DNA of 64,000 nucleotides, taken from contig JABCSY010000005.1 of the NCBI GenBank assembly GCA_018238625.1, positions 1 through 64,000 of the forward strand, written 5' to 3'. Positions 29,349 through 39,048 of the stretch are shown here, piece by piece; within the stretch, counting starts at the first letter, position 1, and every line of letters starts with the position of its first letter. Made by a program: the position numbers and the translations under genes. The stretch is from Promethearchaeota archaeon. Its GTDB lineage: Archaea > Asgardarchaeota > Lokiarchaeia > Sigyniarchaeales > SOKP01. The notes beneath the pieces were generated by a model. That model did not search any database. It was not told the DNA's origin and saw only the letters and a list, made by a program, of their open reading frames with translations.

Positions 29349-31397
29349 TTGTCCAATACTAAAAAAAATAAATGGGTAATTACTTCAGCTTGGCCTTATG
29401 TAAATAGCATGCCCCATTTAGGAAACATGATTGGAAGCGTATTATCAGCCGATATATTTGCAAGATTTTGTAGGCTAAAGGGAGATGAAGTTGTATTTGT
29501 TTCGGGTTCAGATTCACATGGAACGCCCATCGCAGTTGCAGCTAAAAAACAAAATACATCAGCTCAAGAATTAGCCTTGAAAAATCATACCATAATTAAA
29601 GACTTATTTAAAAAATGGCAAATCTCATACGATAACTACACTATAACTCATAACCCTACACACATTGAGTTTGTAAGAAATTTCTATATGGATATTCAGA
29701 AAAACGGATACATTTTTGAAAAGGAATTAGAATCGCTGTATTGTGAGCACGATAAACTTTTTCTTCCCGATAGATTTGTTGAAGGGATTTGCCCGCACTG
29801 TAAAGCAGAAAGTGCCAGAGGAGATCAATGTGATAAATGCCAAAAATTACTAACCCCATTAGAGTTAAAAAGAGCTCGCTGTGTGATATGCGATAATCCA
29901 CCCGTGCTCCGTAAAACGAAGCATTGGTATTTAGATTTGCCCAAATTACAAGGTGAGTTGGATTGTTTTATAAAACAAAATCAACTAATTCCACAGAATG
30001 CTCGACAAATGTGTTTGAATAGCATCTCAGAAGGAATCCCACAAAGAGCCATTACTAGAGATTTAGAATGGGGGATTCCTGCCCCTTTTAAAGGAGCTGA
30101 AGAAAAAACTATTTACGTTTGGTTTGAAGCCGTCTTGGGCTATATTTCCGCCGTAAAGGAATGGGCGGAAAAGAGTATTAAAGATCCAAGTAAGTTTGAT
30201 TATTTTTGGAAGGACCCAGAAACTAAAACAGTCTTTTTTATTGGAAAAGACAATATAATATTTCATTTGATTATATTTCCTATTTTATTGTTATCCTATA
30301 ACAAAGATAAAAACAATGGACAAAAATTAATACTCCCTTACAATGTTTCTTCTACAGAATGGTTAATGTATGAAAACGAGAAGTTTTCTAAATCGAGAGG
30401 AGTAGGAATATGGATCGATGAGGCTTTAGAAGTTGCACCACTTGACTACTGGCGATTTACTTTAGTTTACAATCGTCCAGAAACTAGTGATACTTCGTTC
30501 TTATGGGCTGAATTTGAAAACAACATTAAAACATTAAACGATAACATAGGAAATTTCATTCATAGAATTCTAACTTTTATTGACAAACAATTTAATGGAA
30601 TTGTACCCCATAAATTAGAATTCGACGAAGTTGACAAAAAATTTATCAAGCGCATTAATAGCATTAGTTATGAAATTGGAGAAAGTATTAAAGCGTTCAA
30701 GTTAAGAAAAGCTTTAAGGGATATTGTTAATTTTGGAAAAGAAGGAAATGTTTATCTTAACGAAAAAGCTCCGTGGCATTTGATCAAGAAAGATAAAGAA
30801 GCTGCTGGGAATGTGTTCAATATATGCATTCAAGCAGTTTATGCGTTTGGTGTTTTACTGAGTCCATTTGTTCCGGGAACAGCAGAAAAGATTTTGTCGT
30901 ACTTAAATATTTCCACTTCAAAGGACTTGAAATGGGATAGCATAAACGAAAACGCCGTAAAAGAAGGGCTAAAAATTAAAAAACCTGAACCTCTTTTTCA
31001 AAAACTCGACGTTCAAGAAATTCAAGATAAACTTCAAAAATTAAAAGAACAAAAATCAAAGGTAGGTGGTAAAGAATTGGTTTCGTACGAAGATTTTAAA
31101 AAACTAGATATAAGAGTGGCACTTGTAGAGGATGTAGAAAAAGTCCCTAAAGCAGACAAACTATATAAACTGTCTATTGCTTTAGGAGACGAAAAGAGGA
31201 CTTTGGTAGCAGGGTTAGCAGAACATTACAAAGTAGATGAATTGAAAGGAAAAAAAGTAATAATACTAGCCAATTTAGAACCGAGAAAGCTGAGAGGTAT
31301 TTTAAGCGAAGGAATGTTACTTGCGGCGGTTGATGGAGATGTCGTTTCTGTTCTAACACCTGATAAAGACATTCCACCTGGAGCAAAAATAGAATAA
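29349..31397 (+). CDS. metG: Methionine--tRNA ligase with C-terminal tRNA-binding OB domain
   Basis: PHLGN, zinc knuckles, YVWFEA, GKDNI.FH, KFSKS, NLEPRKLRG..SEGMLLAA. Confidence 0.98.
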   Translation: MSNTKKNKWVITSAWPYVNSMPHLGNMIGSVLSADIFARFCRLKGDEVVFVSGSDSHGTPIAVAAKKQNTSAQELALKNHTIIKDLFKKWQISYDNYTITHNPTHIEFVRNFYMDIQKNGYIFEKELESLYCEHDKLFLPDRFVEGICPHCKAESARGDQCDKCQKLLTPLELKRARCVICDNPPVLRKTKHWYLDLPKLQGELDCFIKQNQLIPQNARQMCLNSISEGIPQRAITRDLEWGIPAPFKGAEEKTIYVWFEAVLGYISAVKEWAEKSIKDPSKFDYFWKDPETKTVFFIGKDNIIFHLIIFPILLLSYNKDKNNGQKLILPYNVSSTEWLMYENEKFSKSRGVGIWIDEALEVAPLDYWRFTLVYNRPETSDTSFLWAEFENNIKTLNDNIGNFIHRILTFIDKQFNGIVPHKLEFDEVDKKFIKRINSISYEIGESIKAFKLRKALRDIVNFGKEGNVYLNEKAPWHLIKKDKEAAGNVFNICIQAVYAFGVLLSPFVPGTAEKILSYLNISTSKDLKWDSINENAVKEGLKIKKPEPLFQKLDVQEIQDKLQKLKEQKSKVGGKELVSYEDFKKLDIRVALVEDVEKVPKADKLYKLSIALGDEKRTLVAGLAEHYKVDELKGKKVIILANLEPRKLRGILSEGMLLAAVDGDVVSVLTPDKDIPPGAKIE

Positions 31398-31398
31398 G

Positions 31399-32643
31399 TT
31401 ATAATTTTAAAGAGAATACAGGGTTTAATCGAGCTATTATTTCTCCAAGGTCCAATTGAAGCGTTTTTAGAATTACATCTCGCCCTCTATATTCGAATTG
31501 TAATTCCTTAACGTTTCGAACGATCTTTAATTTGTTACTATCTTTTACTAATTCGCAAGCAAAATATCGCTGGTCTTTATACTCTAAAACTTTTTGTACG
31601 CGGCTAACATCGGGCAACATGTACCCTCCACCGTGGGGTAATACATTAGCATTCGTTAGTAGGTCTAATAGCTCTAGATTCTCTGCTCTTTCTAAAAAAT
31701 TGTTATTCTTTAAAGTTCTCTCTGAAAAGTTCTTTTTCCCTTTAAATAAATAGCACGCTACATCAGCTCTTAATGCTGTAGGAAAAACATTTGTCGGAAC
31801 TAGCTCACAATTAACATCAGTACAATTACTTCCTAAGTACATGTTGTTATAATCTTTTAAAAATTGGTGAGAAGCATTGCATATTATCTCATAATCGGTA
31901 CCAAATAACTCGTTTGCAATGATTTCTCGCTTTTTGTTCGAAAAGTTAATTGCTTTTTTGTTATAATCAAGATATTCTTTTGCGTCGGAATCTAACAAAA
32001 TATATTGCTTTCCAAATTTTGTTTGCTCCGTTATAGCACGTTCCTTTAATGTTTTTGAAACATCGATATATAGACCTATCCCATATTTATCGTCGCGAAA
32101 TTCCGGTGCTGAACCGTGAATCATGAACATATAAGGTGGAAAATCAATGTCTGAAAGAATTTTAGTTTCAAAACAATTTATAAAGTGATTAGATACGCCA
32201 TAATCCCAATTTATTAAAACTTCATTATCATATAACTTTAAGCTCTTTACTTTATCTATCGTTTTAATAAGATCGTAAGGATCTGGTATTTCTTTTAATC
32301 CTCCAACTAGTATCCCACAACAATTTGGTTTTACATTTAGAAAAATTATCTTGTCGTTACCATCCCCCCAATTTAGTCTCCCACCGTATCCTAACCCTGA
32401 ATTCCAACGGAAGTTGTTTCTTGAGATAGTTTCGTCTGGAGACGATATAAACGTAGCTTTAGGTTCAAATCCATGTTTCTCTTGAATAATTTGAAATTGT
32501 GCTAAACCATATTTCATGTTAGCCTTACATAATTTCGAAGCACCATCGTTTAACCCAGTCGAAAAAATGTGTTCTTTTGCTCTTTTAAGCAAATCTATTT
32601 TAGATAATTCTGAAATTTTGTTGGATATCCTCATTGAACCCAT
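31399..32643 (-). CDS. Divergent RtcB-fold (RNA ligase-like) protein
   Basis: Ordered motifs SPD, PNCCG, SNHF, MIHGS, SHQ, PHGGG, ARLNP..SLK parallel RtcB MPD, DINCG, GNHF, IHSGS, HN, HGAGR, L.P...KG. Confidence 0.7.
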   Translation of the reverse strand: MGSMRISNKISELSKIDLLKRAKEHIFSTGLNDGASKLCKANMKYGLAQFQIIQEKHGFEPKATFISSPDETISRNNFRWNSGLGYGGRLNWGDGNDKIIFLNVKPNCCGILVGGLKEIPDPYDLIKTIDKVKSLKLYDNEVLINWDYGVSNHFINCFETKILSDIDFPPYMFMIHGSAPEFRDDKYGIGLYIDVSKTLKERAITEQTKFGKQYILLDSDAKEYLDYNKKAINFSNKKREIIANELFGTDYEIICNASHQFLKDYNNMYLGSNCTDVNCELVPTNVFPTALRADVACYLFKGKKNFSERTLKNNNFLERAENLELLDLLTNANVLPHGGGYMLPDVSRVQKVLEYKDQRYFACELVKDSNKLKIVRNVKELQFEYRGRDVILKTLQLDLGEIIARLNPVFSLKL

Positions 32644-32733
32644 TCTACTTAATAATTAAGTATTATTATATATATATATATACGATCGTTTAGTCAGATA
32701 TTTAGAAAAAGAGATGTTATTTTTAACATAATT

Positions 32734-33372
32734 ATGAGCGATGTTAACGGCAATGTTTTATACGATTCAGTAAAGGGAATAAAGAAGGAAGGAGAGTTCG
32801 TAGGGTCTATAATTACTCGTTGCAACGACGATAAGGATTCTATTATATTTTCTGATAATTTAAAAATATCTAACTCAGAAGGGATTTTCATATCTAACGG
32901 ATTCAAAGTTGGATTCAAATTGATTTACAACAAAAAATCCGCTTTCTCTCGAAAAATAGATGAACTAAACATTAAAGATGCCTCGTCAATCGAATACTCT
33001 ATACTTATTCCTGAGGATGTTATGCAAGTTTACGATGAGGGTCAATTCTCTGACGCTTTTCCCTATACATTAAATAAACTTAATACAGCAGCTCTTTATT
33101 TAGATGATTATGAATATGGAATTAATCATTTGAATTTCTTTAAAGAAGAAATGCTTAGAAACCCCGTTGCTTTCGTAGGAAATGGAATTTTATTGGCCGA
33201 TAGAGTAGTTATTGATGAGAGAAGTGATCCGGTATTCTATGATTGTTTAATAGTTGGAAGAGATGAAAATAGTAATTTATCAGTTTCTTATGAACCATTA
33301 ATGACGGTTAAGAAATCCCTAACAAATGTTAAATGGATTATAATCTTAGGCATAGAAGAACTAAAGCTATAA
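32734..33372 (+). CDS. Hypothetical protein (possible PAS/Cache-like fold)
   Basis: 212-aa ORF; C-terminus VSYEPL...WIIILG is reminiscent of Cache-domain ends (weak). Confidence 0.6.
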   Translation: MSDVNGNVLYDSVKGIKKEGEFVGSIITRCNDDKDSIIFSDNLKISNSEGIFISNGFKVGFKLIYNKKSAFSRKIDELNIKDASSIEYSILIPEDVMQVYDEGQFSDAFPYTLNKLNTAALYLDDYEYGINHLNFFKEEMLRNPVAFVGNGILLADRVVIDERSDPVFYDCLIVGRDENSNLSVSYEPLMTVKKSLTNVKWIIILGIEELKL

Positions 33373-34610
33373 AAGGAAATTCACCCAACATGATTCTATA
33401 CGAAAATAAAAGGAAAAAATTAATCAATGTGCTAAAATGGGGAAATAATCCTTTCAAAAAGTTTGTTTGTACTGGTGAAATTAGAGAAGAGCTAGAACTG
33501 GTTAAATCTAGAAAAAGTTTGATTAAGACAATTAAAAAAATTGCAGAAGAAGATAACAACTTTATACTTCCAATCATAGGGGATGTAGGGGGCGGAAAGA
33601 CGCACCTGTATTGGGCTCTAAAGAATTCTCTTTATTATTATAATACGATTTATATTTCACTTGAATATATATATAAAAAGTTTTTTTATAATATTTATTC
33701 TGAATTTATCGAAAACTTAGAATTAGCTCCTTTAAAATTCATTATTAATCGATTATGTGACGAATGGGGCGCGCTAGAACGAAGATTTGGTTTTTTCCAC
33801 GTAGCAAATCTTGAAAAAATAAAAGGTTTTGCGTTTAAACTGTTATCAAATAAATATAGCGAAATGGAAACTGAGATCTTAACTGACATCATATCTGGTA
33901 TTGTGGCTCATCAATTAGATCCCTACAAAAAGATTGAAGCTGAAAGGTGGCTATTAGGGGAACTCATGGATGCAAAAGAACTGTCAAGCCTAAATATATC
34001 GCACGATCTCCGAAAGGGTAAAAATGCTTTTATGATGTTAAGATTATTGATTGAAAATTCAAAATCAGGAACGATCTTGTTTATAGACGACTTTGAAAAA
34101 ATTATTTCCATAACGGAACCAAAAGACGAATCTGCTGAAGAAATCTACGATCCTAGTTGGTTGTACGGACCTGAAAAGTCGCCAGACGATATTGCTGCTG
34201 AAAAAGTATTTAATAAAATCGTTCAATTACAGCAAATAGAGAGTTTACGCATAATTATAACGCTGAAATCTATCGATTCTTTAGAAGAAATAAAAAAAAA
34301 ATATCAAGAACAGAACTCGGAGCTTTTATTTTCAATAAAGGAACCTCTCTTTCTTTTAGATTTTAACGAGGAAGACATATTTGAATTCTATAAAGAAAGC
34401 ATGAGGCATTTTTACGAGAATATAGGGATTAGCGATTTTATTGAAGCTTTTCAAAATCCATACTTCCCCTTAAATAAAAGAATCTTGAGAAACATATTTG
34501 AAAATACAAAGGGTAACCCGAGGGAAATTATTAAAGCTCTAATCAAAATCTTTAACGAGATCATTTATTCAAACGAAAAGCTGGAGATCATATTAGAAAA
34601 CTACGAATAA
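33333..34610 (+). CDS. P-loop AAA+-type ATPase (probable start 33390)
   Basis: Walker A GDVGGGKT, Walker B ILFIDD.E, C-terminal GNPRE; AERWLLGE resembles DUF2791/BrxD-type ATPases. Confidence 0.8.
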   Translation: MDYNLRHRRTKAIKGNSPNMILYENKRKKLINVLKWGNNPFKKFVCTGEIREELELVKSRKSLIKTIKKIAEEDNNFILPIIGDVGGGKTHLYWALKNSLYYYNTIYISLEYIYKKFFYNIYSEFIENLELAPLKFIINRLCDEWGALERRFGFFHVANLEKIKGFAFKLLSNKYSEMETEILTDIISGIVAHQLDPYKKIEAERWLLGELMDAKELSSLNISHDLRKGKNAFMMLRLLIENSKSGTILFIDDFEKIISITEPKDESAEEIYDPSWLYGPEKSPDDIAAEKVFNKIVQLQQIESLRIIITLKSIDSLEEIKKKYQEQNSELLFSIKEPLFLLDFNEEDIFEFYKESMRHFYENIGISDFIEAFQNPYFPLNKRILRNIFENTKGNPREIIKALIKIFNEIIYSNEKLEIILENYE

Positions 34611-34629
34611 ATTAATTTATTAACAAATC

Positions 34630-35364
34630 TTAAACTTTTTTCTTTAAAATTCTTTGAAACGACTTAATTTCGGTTTTACATAATATTTTGTATTCTTCTT
34701 CCCATTTCGAGGAATTAATTTTTTCTATAAACGATTCTAATTCACTTATTGAATCAAAATACTCTAAAATTAAAACTCTAACAATAAATTTGTTTAAAAT
34801 TGTATAACCTTTTGAAATGTTTAGCAACTCAAATAATTCATCCCAAGTTTGAACGCTTCTTTTCAATATCATTAATCCCATTTCAAGAATTTCATCGTTG
34901 TTTGTATCTAAAATCCTTAGGAGAGTTAGTACAACTTTTTCGGGAAGCTCCTTTAATATCATTAAAATGCTTAAGGCGCTTTTTTTTATAGGCGCGTAAT
35001 CTTCGTTTAACGCGTGTTCTATTATTTGATAAATCTCATTGTTGTATTCGTGGTTTTGCAAAATAACGAGAAAGGATTGAATTATTTCGTTTCTAACCCA
35101 TCTGTCTGAGTTAAAGTAGCTTTCGACCAAGAAATTCAAATATTTTCTGTTTAAGACTGTTTTGCTCCCAATCACACCTATGAGAAAAATCAAATTCAAT
35201 TTTATTTTATTTAAGATTATTGAGTTCAGCGAATCTAAAAAATAATCTACTATAACTAAAGATTTTTCGCTCGGGTTCTTGCTTAATTCTATTAAAATGT
35301 CGTTAATTTCTTGCGAATTCGGATTATCTTGAATCTTTAGTAAAGTCTTTTCGATATCTTCCAT
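34630..35364 (-). CDS. HEAT/ARM-repeat-like helical protein
   Basis: SDRWVRNEII, ALNEDYAPIKKSAL. Confidence 0.65.
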   Translation of the reverse strand: MEDIEKTLLKIQDNPNSQEINDILIELSKNPSEKSLVIVDYFLDSLNSIILNKIKLNLIFLIGVIGSKTVLNRKYLNFLVESYFNSDRWVRNEIIQSFLVILQNHEYNNEIYQIIEHALNEDYAPIKKSALSILMILKELPEKVVLTLLRILDTNNDEILEMGLMILKRSVQTWDELFELLNISKGYTILNKFIVRVLILEYFDSISELESFIEKINSSKWEEEYKILCKTEIKSFQRILKKKV

Positions 35365-35414
35365 AAAAATTCTTAAACTTAATTATCTTTAAAATTTACC
35401 TACATTTTGACTTT

Positions 35415-36758
35415 TTAATCGTCAAACTTCTCTGTTTCAGGTATATATAGATCCTTTATCTTCAATTTCTTTTCTTGCAAAAAATTCTGGAATTCAGAAT
35501 CACTTATTCTATTTGAATCGAGGGCGCCACTGTTAACCAAGTAATCTTTAAAATCTGAAACGATAATAATAACTTCTTCTTGGTTGAAAATTTTCTTTAG
35601 TATCAAACCATTTTTCTTCAATGAATATTCGGCGTAATACCAATAAAAAACGAGCGTTATTAATAAAACTAGAAAGTTATTCACTAAATTAACCTGACTA
35701 CGATTCGTATAAGTCCCCGAAATTGAACCTGCTCCAGTTATCATAACAATTTGACCTTCCATATAGATCAATGTAAATGCAAATAGAAAAAACGCTAAAT
35801 TATTGGGGTTAAAAAGACGGATTTTGTAAGTCCTACTTCCTAAACCTCTTATAACTAAAATTGCTGTAAAGACCATCAAGAAAACGTCAATAACTACCCG
35901 AAAAGAGTCAATTCCTGTTACTTGAGTTACGCTCCTAAAAGAATTTATAAAACTAAAGGATCTAAACCAAATAATTAACCAAATTAAAACGTAAAAAATT
36001 GATGAAAAAACGTTAAGAGTATCGTTTTTTTTACTTTTAATGAAAAGCGAAAATAAGCGGTAAGAGATTACTAATATCACGCCAAACATAGCTACATTCC
36101 ATCCGTAAAACCACCATAGAGGTGTTATAGGGTCGCTTGGAGCTTGAGGTTCGAAAAATTGACTGAATGCAAAAAAAGTTCCTAACTGAGTTATTATTGG
36201 AATAGAAATTGCCAAGATTAAAAATAATACGCTTATGTAATTATTTTTATTTGACCGCACCTCTGGTAAAATTTTCCTGTTGGCTTTAAGAGACATATCC
36301 TCGAAACTAGTTTTTAGAAAAAATATTTGAGCCATGTTCCAACCAAAATAAGTAATTATGTAAAATCCAGGAAGAATATAATCCCAACCTAAAAACTGAA
36401 TCGGAAGTTGCGTGGAGGTGCCATATAAGAAATACATTAGTATAATACTAAAACTCACACTAAAAACACTTAAGAAAATTAGAATTTTGTATTGATCCAT
36501 GCTTTTAGAGAATAAATATGTTTCTAGTTTGGGATAAATACCAATAAACATTAAAATTATAAACGAAAGTGAAAAAGTGGTGGCTAGAAATAAGCCAATA
36601 TCACCTAAAGCTGTGCTCCCTAGAAAATTAAGCACAATTAAGATAAGTACTTCAATAAAGAAGATTATAGTGTAAGCAATGTGACTCGGATTAAATATTT
36701 TATAGAAAAATTTGTCTAGCTTATCTTTAAGTCCTAACTTCCTATTATTTTCACTCAT
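35415..36758 (-). CDS. Polytopic membrane protein of unknown function
   Basis: About 10 hydrophobic segments. Confidence 0.75.
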   Translation of the reverse strand: MSENNRKLGLKDKLDKFFYKIFNPSHIAYTIIFFIEVLILIVLNFLGSTALGDIGLFLATTFSLSFIILMFIGIYPKLETYLFSKSMDQYKILIFLSVFSVSFSIILMYFLYGTSTQLPIQFLGWDYILPGFYIITYFGWNMAQIFFLKTSFEDMSLKANRKILPEVRSNKNNYISVLFLILAISIPIITQLGTFFAFSQFFEPQAPSDPITPLWWFYGWNVAMFGVILVISYRLFSLFIKSKKNDTLNVFSSIFYVLIWLIIWFRSFSFINSFRSVTQVTGIDSFRVVIDVFLMVFTAILVIRGLGSRTYKIRLFNPNNLAFFLFAFTLIYMEGQIVMITGAGSISGTYTNRSQVNLVNNFLVLLITLVFYWYYAEYSLKKNGLILKKIFNQEEVIIIVSDFKDYLVNSGALDSNRISDSEFQNFLQEKKLKIKDLYIPETEKFDD

Positions 36759-36999
36759 AGTTGATTTTTTCCTATTTGTTTAATATTAATATTCCAATTC
36801 TATATATATGATTTTCTTTTGCTTACGAGATGGATATTTAACGAAAAAACTTTAAACAATTGACTGACTCGCCTCAATTCGTAAACATTATTGTAAAAAT
36901 GTTTTGAATACTTATTCAAATATATATGAAAATTTAAATAGCTGTGTTAGGATGTAGTGTATATTTATCTTATAACAGATTTACAAAAAAAAAATTAAA

Positions 37000-38865
37000 G
37001 TGAAAAGAATGAAATCAAAAAACACAAGAAATACTGTATTAATTTCTGTTTTATTAACAATACTCGTGATAAATCTTGGATTCGTTTTTACTAATTTATC
37101 ATTTTCAAAAGCAACAAACCAAATTACCTTTCTTGAGGGCTTAAAAACATCGGCAACTCATAATAGCACAATAGCGATTGATGATGCTAATCCTGCTAGT
37201 GATTGGGCAACTTGGAAAGCCGCGGGTCTTTGTACTGGTTCTGGGACATCTGGAGATCCTTACATTATAAGTGGTGATACATTTAATACGACCACTGGTA
37301 GTGAATGTTTGTCTATTCATAATTCTAGAAAACACTTTCGAGTTCTTAATTGTGAGTTTATAATATCTGGTTTTAGTGTAGGAATTTGGCTCGATAATAC
37401 CACGAACGGGTTAATTGAAGGTAATCAATTGCCAAGGAATATATTTTATAATGTATATGTTGATAATTGCAGCCAAATAATTTTAAGGGATAATAATTGT
37501 TCAGCAAGCGGAATTGGTATAGTTGTTGTTAATTCAGATTACATAGATTTATATTCCAACATTGTTAATGACAATGGAGCTTATGGGATTGTCTTTGATA
37601 ATTGCGAGATTTGTATTATTGAAGATAATGACCTAATAGAAAATGATGACGATGGGATATACCTTGACGGTTGCGATTTCGTTACAATTAGAACCAATAC
37701 TATTATAAATAATACTATTGGCATTAATAACGAAATCTCAAATAATACGCAAGTATTAGGTAATACAATTACAAATAACGGTAATCATGGGATTCGAATT
37801 TTTCAGAGTTATTGGTGTGAAATTACAGGAAATACAATCACAGAGAGTATTTCTGATGGAATCAGAGTTGAACAAAGCGATCATAATCTATTTGAATCAA
37901 ATATGGTAAACGACAATTTCTATGGAATCCATCTTATAACACACTCAGATTTTAATACAATTTCGAAAAATACAGCCAATGATAATCAAAATAATGGGAT
38001 TTATCTATCTTTCTGTGATTTTAATACAGTTGATCAGAATACAGCCAATGATAATGGAAATCAGGGGATATATCTAAGTAACTGTGATTTTAATGTCGTT
38101 GATCAAAATGCTGCTAATCATAATGGCGGTGAAGGAGTTTGGCTTGCAAACAGTGATCATTCAAGTGTATCTAAGAGTATTACTTACAATAACACAGGAA
38201 ATGGCGTCAGGCTTAATACTGGAATAAATATTACCTGTATTGACAATGTAATCTATAATAACCTTGGAAACGGTATTAGATTATTTAATATTGACGATGG
38301 CGAGGTGAGGGGAAATAATGTGCATCATAATGGTGAAGATGGTATCAGACTTCTTTCAAATTCTGAACGAAATGTAATTACTGGAAATATAGCATCTTTT
38401 AATAATTTAAGTGGAATTTCCTTGTTGAGCAGTTCTAATGAAGCTCTAATCAACAACAATGACGCATCTAATAATGAAGAGCATGGAATATCCGTACAGT
38501 TGTGTACAAATGTTGCTATTACCAGTAACATAGCAAACAATAATAAAATGAATGGTATTAGTCTATTTTCTTCTGACGGTAATTTTATCTTTAGCAATAC
38601 AGCGAGTGGAAATGTGAACGGAACTAATCTAATTTCCAGCGATAATAATATAATTAGTGGAAATTTGCTTTATGGAAACGATTATTGCATGAATGAAACA
38701 GATAGCTACCAAAATGTATACTCAGACAATATCTGTACTGCGCCTATAACGCCCAGCCCAGGACTAGATCCCTTTATCCTTGGATTGATTATTGGATTAG
38801 CTATAGGATTAGGTGCTCTTGCAGCAGTAATAATTCTAAGTTTAACTCGAGGAAGGAAGAAATAA
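37000..38865 (+). CDS. Right-handed parallel beta-helix (NosD/CASH-like) surface protein, paralogue 1
   Basis: GSGTSGDPYII motif, N-rich 22-23 aa coils, C-terminal TM LDPFILGLIIGLAIGLGALAAV. Confidence 0.88.
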   Translation: MKRMKSKNTRNTVLISVLLTILVINLGFVFTNLSFSKATNQITFLEGLKTSATHNSTIAIDDANPASDWATWKAAGLCTGSGTSGDPYIISGDTFNTTTGSECLSIHNSRKHFRVLNCEFIISGFSVGIWLDNTTNGLIEGNQLPRNIFYNVYVDNCSQIILRDNNCSASGIGIVVVNSDYIDLYSNIVNDNGAYGIVFDNCEICIIEDNDLIENDDDGIYLDGCDFVTIRTNTIINNTIGINNEISNNTQVLGNTITNNGNHGIRIFQSYWCEITGNTITESISDGIRVEQSDHNLFESNMVNDNFYGIHLITHSDFNTISKNTANDNQNNGIYLSFCDFNTVDQNTANDNGNQGIYLSNCDFNVVDQNAANHNGGEGVWLANSDHSSVSKSITYNNTGNGVRLNTGINITCIDNVIYNNLGNGIRLFNIDDGEVRGNNVHHNGEDGIRLLSNSERNVITGNIASFNNLSGISLLSSSNEALINNNDASNNEEHGISVQLCTNVAITSNIANNNKMNGISLFSSDGNFIFSNTASGNVNGTNLISSDNNIISGNLLYGNDYCMNETDSYQNVYSDNICTAPITPSPGLDPFILGLIIGLAIGLGALAAVIILSLTRGRKK

Positions 38866-38945
38866 ATCCTAACCTTTTTTTTTAATTTTTTTCTTAATTA
38901 AATCTAATTGTAATAATGCATGAAAGCATGTCTTGTTATGGTTAC

Positions 38946-38989
38946 ATTTTTCAATTAGGTAATTTTATTCCTCAATCATATTTAAATAC
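38946..38989 (+). promoter_or_regulatory. Conserved 44-bp promoter block, shared with 41588-41631
   Basis: ATTTTTCAATTRGGTAATTTTATTCCTCAATCATATTTAAATAC with 1 mismatch; contains TATA-like TTTAAATA. Confidence 0.75.
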
Positions 38990-39048
38990 TGAAATAATCT
39001 TAATACCATATTAACACAAAATATAACAAAAAATAGAGAATGAAATAA

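Noticed and set aside
33333-34610. BREX defence system
   Set aside because: Only a loosely BrxD-like ATPase is present; no pglZ, pglX or brxC nearby.
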